Assembly: GCF_009914755.1 (NCBI RefSeq)
Contig: NC_060926.1
DNA from: the human T2T-CHM13v2.0 reference genome, Homo sapiens
Reading direction: 5' to 3' (one strand)
Length of the DNA: 64,000 bases
Shown here: positions 42,314-61,900 of the stretch, one piece after another
Position numbering within the stretch: the first letter of the stretch is position 1
Layout: each line of letters opens with the position of its first letter
Notes under the pieces: generated by a model
Databases searched by the model: none
What the model was told of the DNA's origin: nothing
Seen by the model: only the letters and a program-made list of their open reading frames with translations
Position numbers and translations under genes: made by a program

Positions 42314-46217
<3,904 letters not shown>

Positions 46218-46724
46218 TCCAGGAGCCAATTTTATGTACGTTTTACTTTTCCTCTCTTTGCATCCAGTTTGGAATTCTTTCTTGTCTTATATAAATAATA
46301 ATAGACTGATATGTTCCAAGAACAAATAACAATTCTTTGTGTCTGTGTGCCTGAAGGTCAACAAACCACTTTCATTTTTAGTTAGAATAAAATAACTACC
46401 AACACCTAGAAACAAATAGAGAGCTGGAAAAGAAAAGAAAGACAGTCTACATGTAACACCTAGAAAAGCTACAAATTCAGGAAACACAGAATAGACCTGG
46501 AAAATAGCCTGAAAGTCTCTTTCTGTGTGTTTCACAGCAACTACCAATATATGGGATGCTAATATTTATTTAAGAATCCCATACTCATGGCATTGTGTTA
46601 TGTATTGGGCATATCACTTGTTTCTGGCAATGAGGTACACATCTTGACATTTAATAGTAATGAATTTTAGAGGGCAACTCTTCTCTCCCCACTTTTATAT
46701 TTTGCTCTGTTTTGGGACTTGGCT

Positions 46725-46995
46725 TTTTGTTTGTTTGTTTGTTTGTTTTGAGAGAGTCTTGCCCTGTTGCCCAGGCTGGAGTACAGTGGCTCAATCTCGG
46801 CTCGCTGCAAGCTCCGCCTCCCGGGTTCATGCCATTCTCCTGCCTCAGCCTCCTGAGTAGCTGGGACTACAGGCGCCCACCACCACACCTAGCTAACTTT
46901 TTTGTATTTTTAGTGGAGATGGGGTTTCACCATGTTGGCCAGGATGGTCTTGATCTCCTGACCTCGTGATCTGCCCACCTCAGCCTCCCAAAGTG
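46725..46995 (-). mobile_element. AluY-like element, slightly 5'-truncated, with (TTTG)n tail
   Basis: gcaagctccgcctcccgggttcatgccattctcc...ctgacctcgtgatc; stops at cccaaagtg. Confidence 0.93.
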
Positions 46996-49749
46996 GCTAT
47001 TTTTATAGGACTGGGTTCTTCATATACCACTATCTCAAATTATGAAATGCATCTTTAAGTAAACCAAATCTTATATAATTGATTGAATTACATTGACATT
47101 TTTAGGAGCCCTTAGTTGTTTTCTGTGGGGTCTGTTGATTTAAAACATTTCAAGTTTTTCACTGAAGCTAACATTTGCTTAGTTTTTTACTACTAATTTC
47201 TTTAATCTGATTAAAATAAATGACCTTTCAGGATCTCTGTTTTGTGATGGAGTTATTAAATAATTCTTAACAGACTTCTTTAGGGGGTCACAGAGAAGAT
47301 AAAAAACCCTGGCTTTGCAGGGCTCCAATGAAACCACTATGGTTGCTATCAAGATATATTAGAATCCGAAAGTTCTCATGAATGTCAGCCATTGAATTGG
47401 ATTATATTTTCTAGGTGTTCTTATATTTTCTCTCTGTGTTTTATTCATACTTCAATTACATGCCATCATTTTCCTCTGTTAAAACAACTGCAAAACGTAT
47501 TGTCTCCCATCCTCCCTAAACTTTGCTAGCACAGATTATATAATTCACTGCCTTATCTGGTTTCATGTGAATATCTTTTTACTCCAATTAGATAGTGAGC
47601 TTGAGGGAATGGATTATAAAACACATTTCTCTCAAGTCTAGCAAAATGCTGTCTAGGTGTCCAGTAAATATCTGTTTAATAAGTTGAAAGGCAGCATGGT
47701 AAAGCAGAAAAAGCCTAGCTGGAGGTTTAGTCATACCTATTAGCTATGTACAGTGCAAAAATTAAATCTCTGTCTCAGTTCCCTTCATCTGTAATATCTC
47801 TATTTTTTTCTGGCCATTGCATATTAATTGGTGCTAGACGTACCCTTACTTCAAACAAACAACTGGTAAACTGGACAAACTATATGAAATAATTGTTCTT
47901 ATATGTTGGACAACAGATAACACACAACTGAGATCCCTGACGAAAAGGAAGTAAGTGAGGTAAGACCTGAACTCACATGGCTTTCTGCCAGGAAGCATGT
48001 AACAAACCATGAGAAAGGGAGGAGAAATCACAGAGAAGAATCTTATCACTGAGGTGAGAAGACAGATTTTGGAATGTAAGAGGATGAGGTGGCTAGAACT
48101 TGTGATGCAGAGCAGTGCAGAGGGGGCAGAAACACAGAGAAAGAGCTCTAGGAATCTATTAGGGTTCTTCATGAGTTTCTGATTGGATATTGCAAAGAGG
48201 GAAGCTATAAAAGCCTCGGCAAAGAAAAAACACTGGATCACAGCAAGCTGAGCAATTCCTAGAATCCACACAGGGCTGGAAGACATTCATATTTGTAACA
48301 GCCAGATTGAAGGGAAAAATTTCAACATCACAAAAGAAAAGTGATGTCACCATAGACCTTAAATTCATAAATGCATATAAAGACAACATTATAAGAAACG
48401 TTAAGTCAGTAAATTTGACAACTTAGATGAAATAGAGAAGTTGCTTGAAAGACAGAAATTACCAAAAACTGACACTAGAATAAATAGAAAATATAAATAG
48501 CAATATATGTGTTTAAAAAATGCAATTGGTAATTTAAAAAATGTTTCTAAAATAAGAATTCCAGAGCCAGATAGCTTCACTGGTGAATTCTGTCAATCAT
48601 TTAAGAAAAATCACACCAATTTTATATGAAACCTTTCAAATATTAGAGGACAGGGCATATTGTAACACAGCTCTGAAACCATCATTATCATGACTCCCAA
48701 GACAAAGATGTTATCAAACAAACAAACAAACAAACAAACCCAAAACAAACTATAGATCCCTATTCCTCAAGAATATAGATTAAAAACTCCTAAATAAAAT
48801 GCTATCAAATCAAATTCTGCAATTATATGAACTGTATGATACAAGATGACCAAGTGAACTTTATCCCAAAAGTGCAAGGTTAGTTGAATATTCACCAGTC
48901 AATACAAAATCACCATATTACCACAATAAATGAGGTAAATCGTGTGTGTGTGTTAATCATAATAGTTGCAAAATCATTAGCAAAATTCAATATCCACTCG
49001 TGATACAGTCATCAGACTGGGAATAGAAGGGATTTCTTCAACCTGATAAAAAGCATGTATGAGGAAATCTAAAGATAACGTTTTATTTAATGGTGAAAAA
49101 ACTATGTCCTTGAGATCGAGACTAAGCAAGAATTTCCTTTCTCATCACTTATACTCAGCATTACATTGAGAATCTTAATCAGTGCAAGACAAAACAAAGC
49201 AAAACGCACACACAGACACACATACACACACACAAGAAAGCACAAAAGACATACAATTTGAAAGGAATAGGGAGAATGGTCTTTATTCACAGAATACTTG
49301 ATTGTGTACCTAGAAAATTCTAAGAGATTTACCAAAAACTACTTGAAGTGAATTTAACACAGTTAAGAATACAAAGTAATATACAAAATTTATTGTATTT
49401 CTATATATAAGCAAAGTACAATGACAAAAACATGAAATAATTAAGGATAAATTTTTATATATGTAAGATTTATATTCCGAAAACTACAAACCACTGCAGA
49501 TACAAATGAAAGGAAACCTAAAGAAATGGAGAGAGATATATCATGTTCATGCATCAGAATGGCCAATAGAAATTATATGTCAAATATCCTTGAACTGATT
49601 TATAGACTTAACATAATCATAATCAAAATAATGCCACCTTTCCTTTTGGTAGTAATTGGTAACTTTTTAATAAAATTTACCCAGTAATGCAAATGACATA
49701 GGGTAATCAAAGTGATTATAAACTAGAAGCATAATATTGCAGAATTTAC

Positions 49750-50130
49750 TATCTTAGCTTAAGCTACGAAAACAAAATACCACAAACAGTGAGGCTTAAA
49801 AAACAGGAATCTATTTCTCACAGTTCTGAAGACTGGGAAGTACATGATCAAGTTGCCAGCTGATTTAGTTCCTGGGGAGGGCCCTCTTTCTGGCTTGTAG
49901 AGAGCTGCCTTTCCACTGGGTCCTTACATAGGGGGAGAGATAGAGACAGACAGAGAGAGAGAGAGCAAGCTCTGCGGTGTCTCCTCTTACAAGGACACTA
50001 ATCCTAGTGAATCAGTGTACTGCCCTTATGATCACTTAACCTTAGTTACTTCCTTACTCCAGATATACTCACATTGAGGGTTAGAGCTTCAACATATAAA
50101 TTTTGGAAGGACACAGTTCAGTCCACAGCA
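49750..50130 (-). mobile_element. MLT1A-type solo LTR nested in the L1M
   Basis: tatcttagct...tatttctcacagttctg...gcttcaacatataaattttgg...ttcagtccacagca. Confidence 0.88.
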
Positions 50131-50642
50131 CTTAGAGTATCTTATTTCACAACGTAATGCTTACTATAAAGTCATAGTAATTAAGGAAGTAGATACTGGC
50201 CTAAAGATAGAAATGTAGATCAGATAAACAGAACAGTCTATAAGTAAATCACACATTTGTGGTCAATTGATTTTTTACAAAGTTGCCAAATTAATTCAGT
50301 GGGGAAGGATGATCTTTTCAACAAATTGTGCTGAAACAACTGGACATCCAAATGTAAAAATGTATGAAGCATTAGCTTTGCTTTACATCATCTACAAAAT
50401 TTAATTCAAAATAGATTATAGTCCTCAACCTAAAGCTACAACTATAAAATTTCTAGAAAGAACCACGGGATAATATCTTTATGATCTTGGGTTAAGCAAA
50501 GTCTTCTTAGACAGGGCACACTTATTCATTAAAAATATTAGATTTTATCAAAATAAAAACTAACTTATAACTTCTGTTCTTTGGAAGATCTCTTAAGAAA
50601 ATGAAGTGGTAAATCACAAAGTGAGAGAAAACATTTGCGAAC

Positions 50643-50958
50643 TTTTTTTTTTTTTTTTTTTTTTTTTCTGAAATGTAGTCTCACTCTGTCGCCCAGGCTG
50701 GATATGGAGTGCAGTTGGTACTATCTCGGCTCACTGCAACCTCTGCCTCCTGATTTCAGGTGATTATCTTGCCTCAGCCTCCCGAATAGCTGGGATTACA
50801 AGCGTGTGCCACCACACCTGGCTAATTTTTGTATTTTTAGTAGAGACAGGTTTTCACAATGTTGGCCAGGCTGGTCTCGAACTCCTGACCTCAGGTGATC
50901 TGCCCACCTTGGCTTCCCAAAGTGCTAGGATTACAGACATGAGCCACGGCGCCTGGTC
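50643..50958 (-). mobile_element. AluSx-like element nested in the L1M
   Basis: Dimeric Alu; TSD-like ttgcgaac (50635-50642) and ttgcaaac (50960-50967). Confidence 0.95.
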
Positions 50959-52759
50959 CTTGCAAACATTTTTATTCGGAATGTATAAAAACTATTATAA
51001 ATCTACTGTAAGAATACTAACTATCCAATTAATTTTTTTAGACAGTCAAAAACTTTCAAAAGACTTGACCAGAAACGTCATGAAAGAAGATATTTGAATG
51101 GCCAATAAATACATGAAAAGATGCTCGTCATAATCTTCATAATCATAATCATAAGAGAAATGCAATTAAAACCACAATGAGGCAACATTACATGTCCACT
51201 ACAAAAGCTAAAAATAAAAATAAAAAAAATGACAAGACCAAATGTTGTCAGCGATGTGGAGCAACTGGAATTCTTGAACATCTGATGGGAGTGTAAAATT
51301 TTATCATCACTTTGGGAAACAGTTTGGCAGTTCCTTAGAAAGTGAAATATACATTTACCATATGACCCAGCAATTCCACACTTCAGTGTTTACCCAAGAG
51401 AAAATGTATCCACACAAGGATTTGTACATAAATGTTCACTGCAGCTTTATTCATCACAGTTGAAAACTGGAACCAAGCCAAATGTCAAAAAACTGGCGAG
51501 TGATAACCAAATTGTTGTATATTCATACGATGGAATACTACTTGGTAATAACAAAGAATGAACTATGCAACCTGAACTATGTAGTAACATGAATGAATCT
51601 TAGAAAACATGGATGATGAGTAAGGTAATCTGACACCAAAGAGTACACACATTGTATGTTTCTTTTATAAGAAATTCTAGCCCAGGCAAAACTAGTATAT
51701 ACTGTGAGAAAGCAAATCTGTGTTTGCCTAGGGCCAGGGTTGCGGGAAAATTGAAGATGAGCACAGTTGTTTCTGGAAATTTGGGGGAACTTAGAACTTT
51801 GATTATAGTTTTGTTCACATGGATATGTAAATTTATTAAATCCCATCAAACTATACATTTAAAATGGGTATGTTATGTTGTATGGAGTGGATAATTTAAT
51901 AAAGATAGTTCATCGTGTTCTTACCAATACATAACTAAAAGAAAATGGTACAGGATTAAATGATATAAGGTGTGTAGCTGCCAGTACTGTGCTTGGTAGT
52001 TAGTAGGTTTCACAAAAGGTGGCTCTCTCTCCTATTTCTTTGTCTTCTCTTGCAGCAAATTCAAAACTTTCTACCCACTCTGGAAAATATTAATATGTTT
52101 CAAATTTCTATACATGTATAATAGTGATTGTTTTAGACCCAATGAACTTTAATTGTTGGGTATTCTTGGGTAACAATATTTTTAGAACTTTGATACATTT
52201 TGGTAACCATTTGTAAGATAGTTTTATTTTATTTACATTCTTATGAGAACTAATTGAAATGAGACTGGTGATACAAGTCAACTATTGCGTCAGAGCTAAC
52301 CAATTTGAAGATAAAGAATTGAGGTGGGGTTGAAGTGGGGGTAGAAGGCAGTGAAGAGCACTGGATTGAAAAGTGATAAGATTACTTCTTTGGGTTAAAT
52401 GGTAATTAGATTACTGGTCCATACCTAAATGTTTTATGAGTCTGGACTTTGAAAAAAATGGAGAAATTTTATGCTACTGGAAATATATGTATACATATGA
52501 GACCTCAGGGGAAGATCATATTTTATTCTCTTTATAGGCAGTTCATTTTGGTATTAAAAGTATTAAAAGTCTAGCTATTTATTCCATATATCAGGGAATA
52601 ACTAATTTGCTGTTTTCTCTTCCTCATTATTTAAAAACTTTATTAATGCTGATTCCTCTTTTTGAGTTCAGGGGATGAAAGAAATGCCCCCCCTTAGCCA
52701 TTGAAGACAGAGGGGAAATATGCAGCCTCATGACAAGTAGACTATTGTATAAAATACCA

Positions 52760-53400
52760 CATCCCTAACACTAATCTTACCACCTGTACCCTGTCCCATC
52801 TTCTGCTTCCTTCTGTTCCCTTGTCACTTCAGTCATTGCTTCAGTCTCCCAATTTCCTAGAATCAAATCCCTGGGGATGCCTTTAAATTATCTCTTTCCT
52901 GCCAGGACTCTGCATGTCCTCTGCATGGCAGAAAACATGCCAGGACATGCAGTGTCCTGGCATAGGACATAGCATGTGCTTTGCTAAATCCTTTAAGACT
53001 TTCTCATATCAGCCCATTAACTTCTATTTTATTTGATATCACCGAGTCTACCCCCATATTAATCTATTGTAGACCAACTGTATTTTCCATTCTCTAGACT
53101 TTTTACCTGTGTCTGCATATTGCTCACAAAATTTTAATGGTTTTCCGTTACCTGATTAAGTTACACACCTTATTCTAACATCAAAACTCTCCACAGTACC
53201 AGCCTCTCAACTTTCTTACTACAGACTTTGCAAGCAACCTACTTCATTTTATTTTTGTTAACACTTCATAGATATACCATATAAAGTGCTGCCTTCTAAT
53301 CCTTGCTCATGCAGTTCTCAGATTTCTATACTGTACTTAACTAAGTTTTGTCCTTCTATCAAAGTCCTACTCAAATTCTGTCTTTTCACTGAAGGCAAAA
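52760..53400 (+). mobile_element. L2 LINE fragment
   Basis: Pyrimidine-rich L2-like tracts (ttttaatggttttcc, ccttgctcatgcagttc, ccttctatcaaagtcctactcaaat); strongly diverged. Confidence 0.5.
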
Positions 53401-54210
53401 TCTTTGATTTAAAATGGTGTTTCTCACTAATGATTTATTGATGTAAAAATATGCCTGGCTTTTGATCCTTGCATCCCTCCATTCTTTGCACTCAGGGACA
53501 CTTGTCCCTTATTTTAGATCAGTGTCCATGCTGTTGGTCTCACTTTGATCTTGTTTTTAAAATAAAGAAACTAAGTCCTTGCCTTGTTGACCATTCATTA
53601 TGTGACTTAATCCCACTGGTTCCCAAAGATCTTATAGGAGGAAGAGTCCCACCCACAATGGTATTCTTCATGGTGAGACTCCATTTCCAAGCACTTAGGC
53701 TTCCATGAAGCCAGTGGCTTACCTTCCTCTGTCACTCTCTGATATGTGCACTTGCCCTAGTGTGTGCCCCATCTTTATGTGAGGTCTGACTTTTCCTGAT
53801 CTGTCCAGACTTGCTGTCAATAACCCTTGGTTAGGAAACCTATGACACTGATGAAATTGCAAAGGTTACTTATCTTGCTAATTATTATTCTCATGCAAAT
53901 TTTTCTTTTTCAATAATCTGTAATTTCCTTGAATGCATGGATCACATTGAACAACTCTTCTACCTCTACTCCTAAATATTTTATTTATGGAGAATACAAA
54001 CTTAATAAGTGGTTTGTTGTTTATTATGATAGTGGTGATTTTATTTGTTGTAGCCAATGGCTTGGTACAAGTTGGAGTTTTGGATAATGGTGAGCAAAGA
54101 TTACAATCATATAGCTATGTCAACCTTTCTGCATGTAAAAGTGCATATAGTCTGATTATAGATGTTTCGGTAAGAATAGCAGTTGAAGCATTTATAATAA
54201 AGACTCATCA

Positions 54211-54973
<763 letters not shown>

Positions 54974-55741
54974 TTAATAATATAAGCTTGATTCACACTA
55001 GTGTCTTCTCAGTAATCTCTAAATGTTGCTAATTTCCAGCAGTCTTCCAAAATAAATGAAAGCTGCCACTTAAATATGTCTTTTCTAGTTGCCAGATACA
55101 GGGATGGTTTTCTATTCCATTTTTCATTTTCTTTAGTGTATTGTTGAAAAGTGATATTCATACCCATTAGACAAATGTAGTTGGAATTGTTGCAGTTATA
55201 TATAACATATCAACACCTGCTTGTTTCTTCTCATTAAAAATGTGATATGTACTGAGATCTGGTTGTGTTTGAAAGGGTGAAAATGCATATCAAAAGCAAA
55301 TCAAAGATTTTGTAAAAGAGCAGTGGTGCAAATCTCTGAGAGTATCACTTCTTGAAGATGATGTATTGAAATCTGTCCTTCTTATGAATTTTTGTGTGCA
55401 GCCTCTTTAACTGGTGAAGGCTCCCTCTCCTAACCTGATGAGTTTGTAATAGATGTGTTGGGGAAAAAGGTATAGGGCTTTCATTTATGTGACCTTTCTA
55501 GTGGAAGGTGAATAATGAGAGTATTCAACAAACATCTTTTTGACTGCCACATCTTATTTTGTATCATCGTAGGATTCACTTAAAGGAGACACGGGCTGTG
55601 CTGGCTTCTCAGATTTGCAAAAGATCAATGTCTCCAAGTACCCAAAACTTACCTGGGGTTTTCAAGATTATGCAGCTAGGGTAAGTTAACCTGCTTCCAG
55701 CAGCATTAAGTTGTTTTTATGATGACAAGAGTTTCCAGGTA

Positions 55742-55947
55742 ATTTTATTTTATTTTATTTTATTTTAAATAAGTTGTAATGTGTATATTTAAGGCATATA
55801 ACATGTTATTATTTACATATATAAATATGTAAATATGTATGCATATCTATTATACACACACACATATATATGGAGTGAAAGAGAAAGAGGGAAGAGAGAG
55901 AGAGAAAGATAGAGAAATGGTTACTATAGTGAAACAAATAATTAACA
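55742..55947 (-). mobile_element. Short L1MA-like 3' end with internal simple repeats
   Basis: (TTTTA)n tail, then ttgtaatgtgtatatttaaggcatataacatg...gaaatggttactatagtgaa. Confidence 0.6.
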
Positions 55948-56439
55948 CCAGGCATTTCTTTTTTAAGTGTTGGTTATCTCACTTGACAATGAGAAATAGA
56001 TCAGTAATCACTGACATAGACCATTCATGGCATATTTTCATGTTTGATCCAACTATGTTTGATGAAACAAGAATATTTTTTATTTTTTATTTTAATCAAT
56101 ATGAAGTACTTATATGTTGTTTTCTTCAACTATCCCTTTCCAAATGTGGTGATGGAATCTATGATTTGATTATATTTAATATAGTCTTTCAAAGGGGTAT
56201 TCATATGATTTGGCTACCTATCCTGTCTTACACTTCTCAATAATATAAACATTATTTTCTCTTGTTGATTAGGTGCAGAAATATGGGACAGCTAAAACTT
56301 TGGTTAAGAAACACAAATATCTATAAAAGTTGTAGAAAGCAGTTTGCATTGCGAACAATTAGAGAGAGTGTGCTAACCATTAACAAACAAATTGGTATCA
56401 GAGTGACTTTACACAGTAAAGATGGCTTCTTGCTCATGT

Positions 56440-57040
<601 letters not shown>

Positions 57041-58934
57041 ATTGACATGCCAATTTCAGAACTACAAAGCAAAGCACAGATAATAATTCAAGCCTATCAC
57101 TGTAGCCTCCTGTGAAAAACTGTGTAGGATGTTTACTTGTTGAAACACTTGGCCAGAGAGATACAGAGATTTTTCTTCCATAAAATTCTGGATGTTGTTA
57201 ATAAAAGACTCACAGGGTACATGGGCATAACTTCTTTCTTGCTCTGTATTTCTTCTTCGATTGGCAATTGATTGGCAATCACATTTGCTGAGTTCTTGAG
57301 CTCCCAGGATTAAGCCAATATTAGTCTTAAGTGTGACAATTATCTATCCCTCAAGCCAAAATTCCCAGAGGGTCATCATATAATTAAAACATTTCCAAAA
57401 CAGTCATCATGTTATATTCATAGTAATAAGTAAAGCTGTACCAAAGGCTATAAAGCTGTGGGGGAAAAATAGGGGTCATTCTCCTTTAAATAAAATGTGG
57501 CACATTTTCTACAAAAAAATGAACTTTTTTTGAAATAATAGGTAAGCTGTCCTTGTTATTCATAAACATCTTATTTATGCATCTTCACTGTTGTGATAAA
57601 TTAGCTGGGTTTGTTTTATATTTCCCTACAGTTTACTTTAAATAATCCTTCACAGTCGTTCACCACAAGACCACATAAGGTTCTTTTTTTAATACCTAGA
57701 ATGCTGAAATAGCATTTTGAGCACAGACTGTAATGCATAACAAGTGTAGTGTATTATTTCTTCTTGGGAACGCCATGCAAAAACTTGTTCCTCTCACATT
57801 GTCTGTTTTTAGTTTAATTCTTTAAAGCTGTTCTGTATTTTAAAAGGCGACGTTCTTTGACCTTGTAACTGCGTAACACCCTAACTTTCCTTTCCCCATA
57901 TGCCCCATCATCCACCCCATCGTCCGTATTCTAGCATAAGCATATCCTGAGTCTCACTGCCACAAAATTCTAGCCATTTAAATGAGATTGTTAACATAGA
58001 ACACTGCCCACCCTCTTTCCCACTATAACCATCTCTCAGTTCCTTCACCAAGCCTACTGAGTCTCTCAAAAGGCATTCACTTATTATATCCACCCACTCT
58101 ACCGAGTTCCTGAGTGCTGAATTTCAGGGACAGAGTGTAGATTTCAAATTTTAAAAGCTGAAGGCTAATTTCCAATTGAAACATACCACCAACCACCCCA
58201 AACCCACCCATCCCATCACCACCATTGCTATTGCCATATATATGCCCAAATACAGACCATTATCGCATATGATACACCTGCTAATGGATAAGTATCTGGC
58301 CTCTTTGAATCTCACTTTAGGTGTGTCTTCTTATGCTGCAGACCTGATTGATACTGAGGAGCATAAAAATGTAAAAGTTCTTATTTATCTTTTAAATTAT
58401 GTATTGTGAAAGCAAAGATAATTTTATGAAATCATTCATTCAAAAGGCTATGCTGAGTACCAGCTCGGTGGAGGTGACAAGATAATAAGAACTAGGATAT
58501 GATTTCATAAAGTTCACAGTCAAGTGGGTAGAGGCAGTCACATTACGACGATAAAAGCAGTGTGGTAAAGGCTAGGAGAGCAGGTGCAAAACACTCCACC
58601 AGGACACGATACTATTTCACATCTCCCTGCTTGCCCCTGTTGTTCCCTCTGCCCCAAATGACATTCCACCTTACTTTTCTAAAGCACTACTCAAATCCTG
58701 TGTTACATCTTGTATTGGAATATCTTTATTCATGCTCCACCTTTGCAGAAAGAAGTACTTCCTCTTTTGTATGAACACTCATCTTTCTGTGTGTTCTACA
58801 TGATCTGTATTATCACGTTAAATTATAGTCATTTGTTTACATATCTGCTTCCCTGCGTTAATCCTTGAGTCTGGGATCAGTGCCTTGCACAGTGCCTAGA
58901 AAATAGCACTTAAATATAGGCTGGCACTTACATG

Positions 58935-59045
58935 TATCTTTATACTTATACATTTATAATATATAATTAATAATATAAATATATATTTATACTTATATAA
59001 TAAATTTGTATTTTATATATTAGCATATATATATGTGTGTGTGTA

Positions 59046-59080
<35 letters not shown>
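58935..59080. repeat. AT-rich tract plus (TG)n(TA)n microsatellite
   Basis: Visible dinucleotide runs. Confidence 0.9.
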
Positions 59081-59402
59081 GGACTGTACAACGAATTCTG
59101 TCAGGAAAAACCAGGGACTATTTATAGAAGAGAAGATATTTGGGAAGGCAAGAGGGAGAAATATACCCAATAAATGAGAACAGTATATGTAGAGGCACAA
59201 AGAGATGGGAAATACAGAATTGGGCCAGGAGTCAGGGCAAGGATTCAGGGTTTCAGAGTTTCAGAAGCATATAGTAGCTGATTGGAGGGAGCTGTGAGAG
59301 TTTAGAAAATGAGATTGCTGAGGAAGACTGGGTAAATAGTGAAGATCTTCATAAAGCAACACTTAGAAAGGGAACATACTTCTTAGCACTGGTGCCTAAC
59401 CA

Positions 59403-60215
59403 TTTTTTTAAGTAGACTTTACTTTTTTTTTTACAACAGTTTTAGGTTCACAGAAAAATTGAGCAGAAGGTACTGACAGTTCCCATATGTGCCCTGTCCA
59501 CAGATGCATGGCCTCCCCCCTTATCAATAACTCCTGCTAGAGTGGTATAGTTGTTGCAATTGATAAGCCTATGTTGGCACATCATTAGCACCCAGAGTCC
59601 ATAGTTTATATTAGGGTTCACTCTTGTTGTTGTAGTTAGAAAAACATATGTCTGTAATTATAGTATACAGTGTAGTGATGTAAGAATCTTTTGTGCTCCA
59701 CCTATTCATCCCTGTCTCTGCCCTCTAACTCCTAGCATCCCTGGAAAATTACTTTCTCCATAATTTCCCCTTTTTCAGAATGCCAGATAGTTGAAATTAT
59801 ACAGTTCATAGGCTTTTTGGATTGGCTCTCATTTGGTAATATGTGTTTAAGTTTCCTCCATGTCTTTTCATGGTTTGAGAGTCTGTTTCTTTTTAGTGCT
59901 AAAAAACATTTCATTCTCTGAATATACTACAGTTTATTCACCTATGGAAGGATGTCTTTCTTGCTTCTAAGTTTTAGCAGTTAGGAATAAAGCTGCTACA
60001 AATCTCCATGTGCAGATTTCCATGTGGACATAAGTTTGCAACTCCTTTGGCTAAATATGAAGGAGTATGGAAACCGAACTGTCTTCCAAAGTGGTTGTGC
60101 CATTTTACATTCCCACCAGTGGTGAATAAGTGATCCTGTTGTTCCACATCCTTACCAGTATTTGATGTTGTCAGTGTTCTGAACTTTGACCATTGTAATA
60201 GGTATGTAGTAGTGT
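59403..60215 (-). mobile_element. L1MC1-like 3' fragment
   Basis: cagttttaggttcacagaaaaattgagcagaaggtac...gtccatagtttatattagggttcactcttg...ttccaaagtggttgtgccattttacattcccacc. Confidence 0.85.
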
Positions 60216-60266
60216 TTAAACTTTTTAAAAGTCACAGAGCCCTTTAAAATCTGAAAACATCCGTAG

Positions 60267-60600
<334 letters not shown>

Positions 60601-61332
60601 AGAAAATGAACACTCTGTATGCATACTATTTTGTCCCTTTTGATGCCTTAGACTACCTAAAACTCTTCCAAGGATGCCAGAAAAAAAAAGTGCTTTTTTG
60701 GCTTTTGCCCTGTTGGTGACTGAGAGTTGTGAAAGCTTGTAAGGCCACATTTGTTTCAAAATAAATCTAGTAAACTAGTTTAAAGTTCAGTTAAAGGAGA
60801 AGAGATCGGAAATCAAGGTATGAGTTGAGTCTGGCAGTCACTCAATGAAATCACTTTACTCAAAAATTTTAGAGTCTTAATCATCTTTGGCTGTAGATAC
60901 ATTGCTGTATTATATTTCCATATTGCTAAGATTCTTGGTTTCCATTAGACAGAGCTCCTTGGCTCAGGTGCCATACATCTTTTTTATATATGTTTTTACA
61001 GAACCTAGTTGAGTGCCTGTGCTAAGTAGTCACCTTTTGATTAACATTTGTTAAAGAGGTAAGTAAAGTACACCTAAACTAAGAGAAAGAAGATAGATTA
61101 TACATATGTAAACATTTTTTCTAGAGAAATTATTTTGCCATTTTATGGTCAATAGAATAAGGTAAAGATTTAATCTGTTGCATGAAATTATAAAAAAGCT
61201 TACATGAGGTTTACATGCTATATGCTACATGTTTTCATGCTTACATGCTAACCTCTAGGACAGAGTCAACAAACAACATATACCATTACTCTCCATTTCC
61301 TCATTCATTGCAAACATAGCTTCTTGAGCACT

Positions 61333-61472
61333 ATGGCAGCCAGCTTCCTTGTTGGCCCACATTATGGTTGGTTTGTGTGATCAACAGAGTATGTCTAAAG
61401 TGATGGTAAATAATTTCTGAGACCAGGTTATAAAAGCTATCTATCTGTTATTTCTCTCTCTCTCTCTGTCTG

Positions 61473-61516
<44 letters not shown>

Positions 61517-61900
61517 ACTATCATCTATCTATGCCTATGTTTACCCCTACTTCTGTATATTTGATAACAAGTCCTGGGAAAGTCAGTTGTCATTTTGTGG
61601 AAAAAGACCCACATGATGAAAAAATGAGGCTTCTGGACAACAGCTGGCAAAGGACTAGCTACTAACACCCATGTTGGTGAGCCACCACACATGTAGATGC
61701 TCCATCCCCAGTCAAGCCTTCAAATGATTACCACCTTTACAGATATCTTGCAAGCAACCTCATTAGATTCCTTGAGCTAGAACCACTCAGGTAGGCTGCT
61801 TCCAAATTCTTAACCTATAGAAACTATGAAATAAGTGTTTGTTGTTCTAACCTATGAAGCTTTGAGGTAATTTGTTATGCAACAATAGATAGTGAATGCA
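61333..61900 (+). mobile_element. MLT1F-like LTR
   Basis: ccccagtcaagccttcaaatga...gcaacctca...gaggtaatttgttatgcaacaatagat. Confidence 0.8.
61452..61532. repeat. Compound STR (TC)n(TGTC)n(TATC)~10
   Basis: Visible tetranucleotide array. Confidence 0.95.

Larger units (their letters stand above)
47840..51910 (+). mobile_element. Old L1M (L1MC/MD/ME-like) element, fragmented
   Basis: Degenerate ORF2 (aaatttgacaacttagatgaaat, ccagatagcttcactggtgaattc, gaaatgcaattaaaaccacaatgag) and 3' end (atatgacccagcaattccac); interrupted by MLT1A and Alu. Confidence 0.85.
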
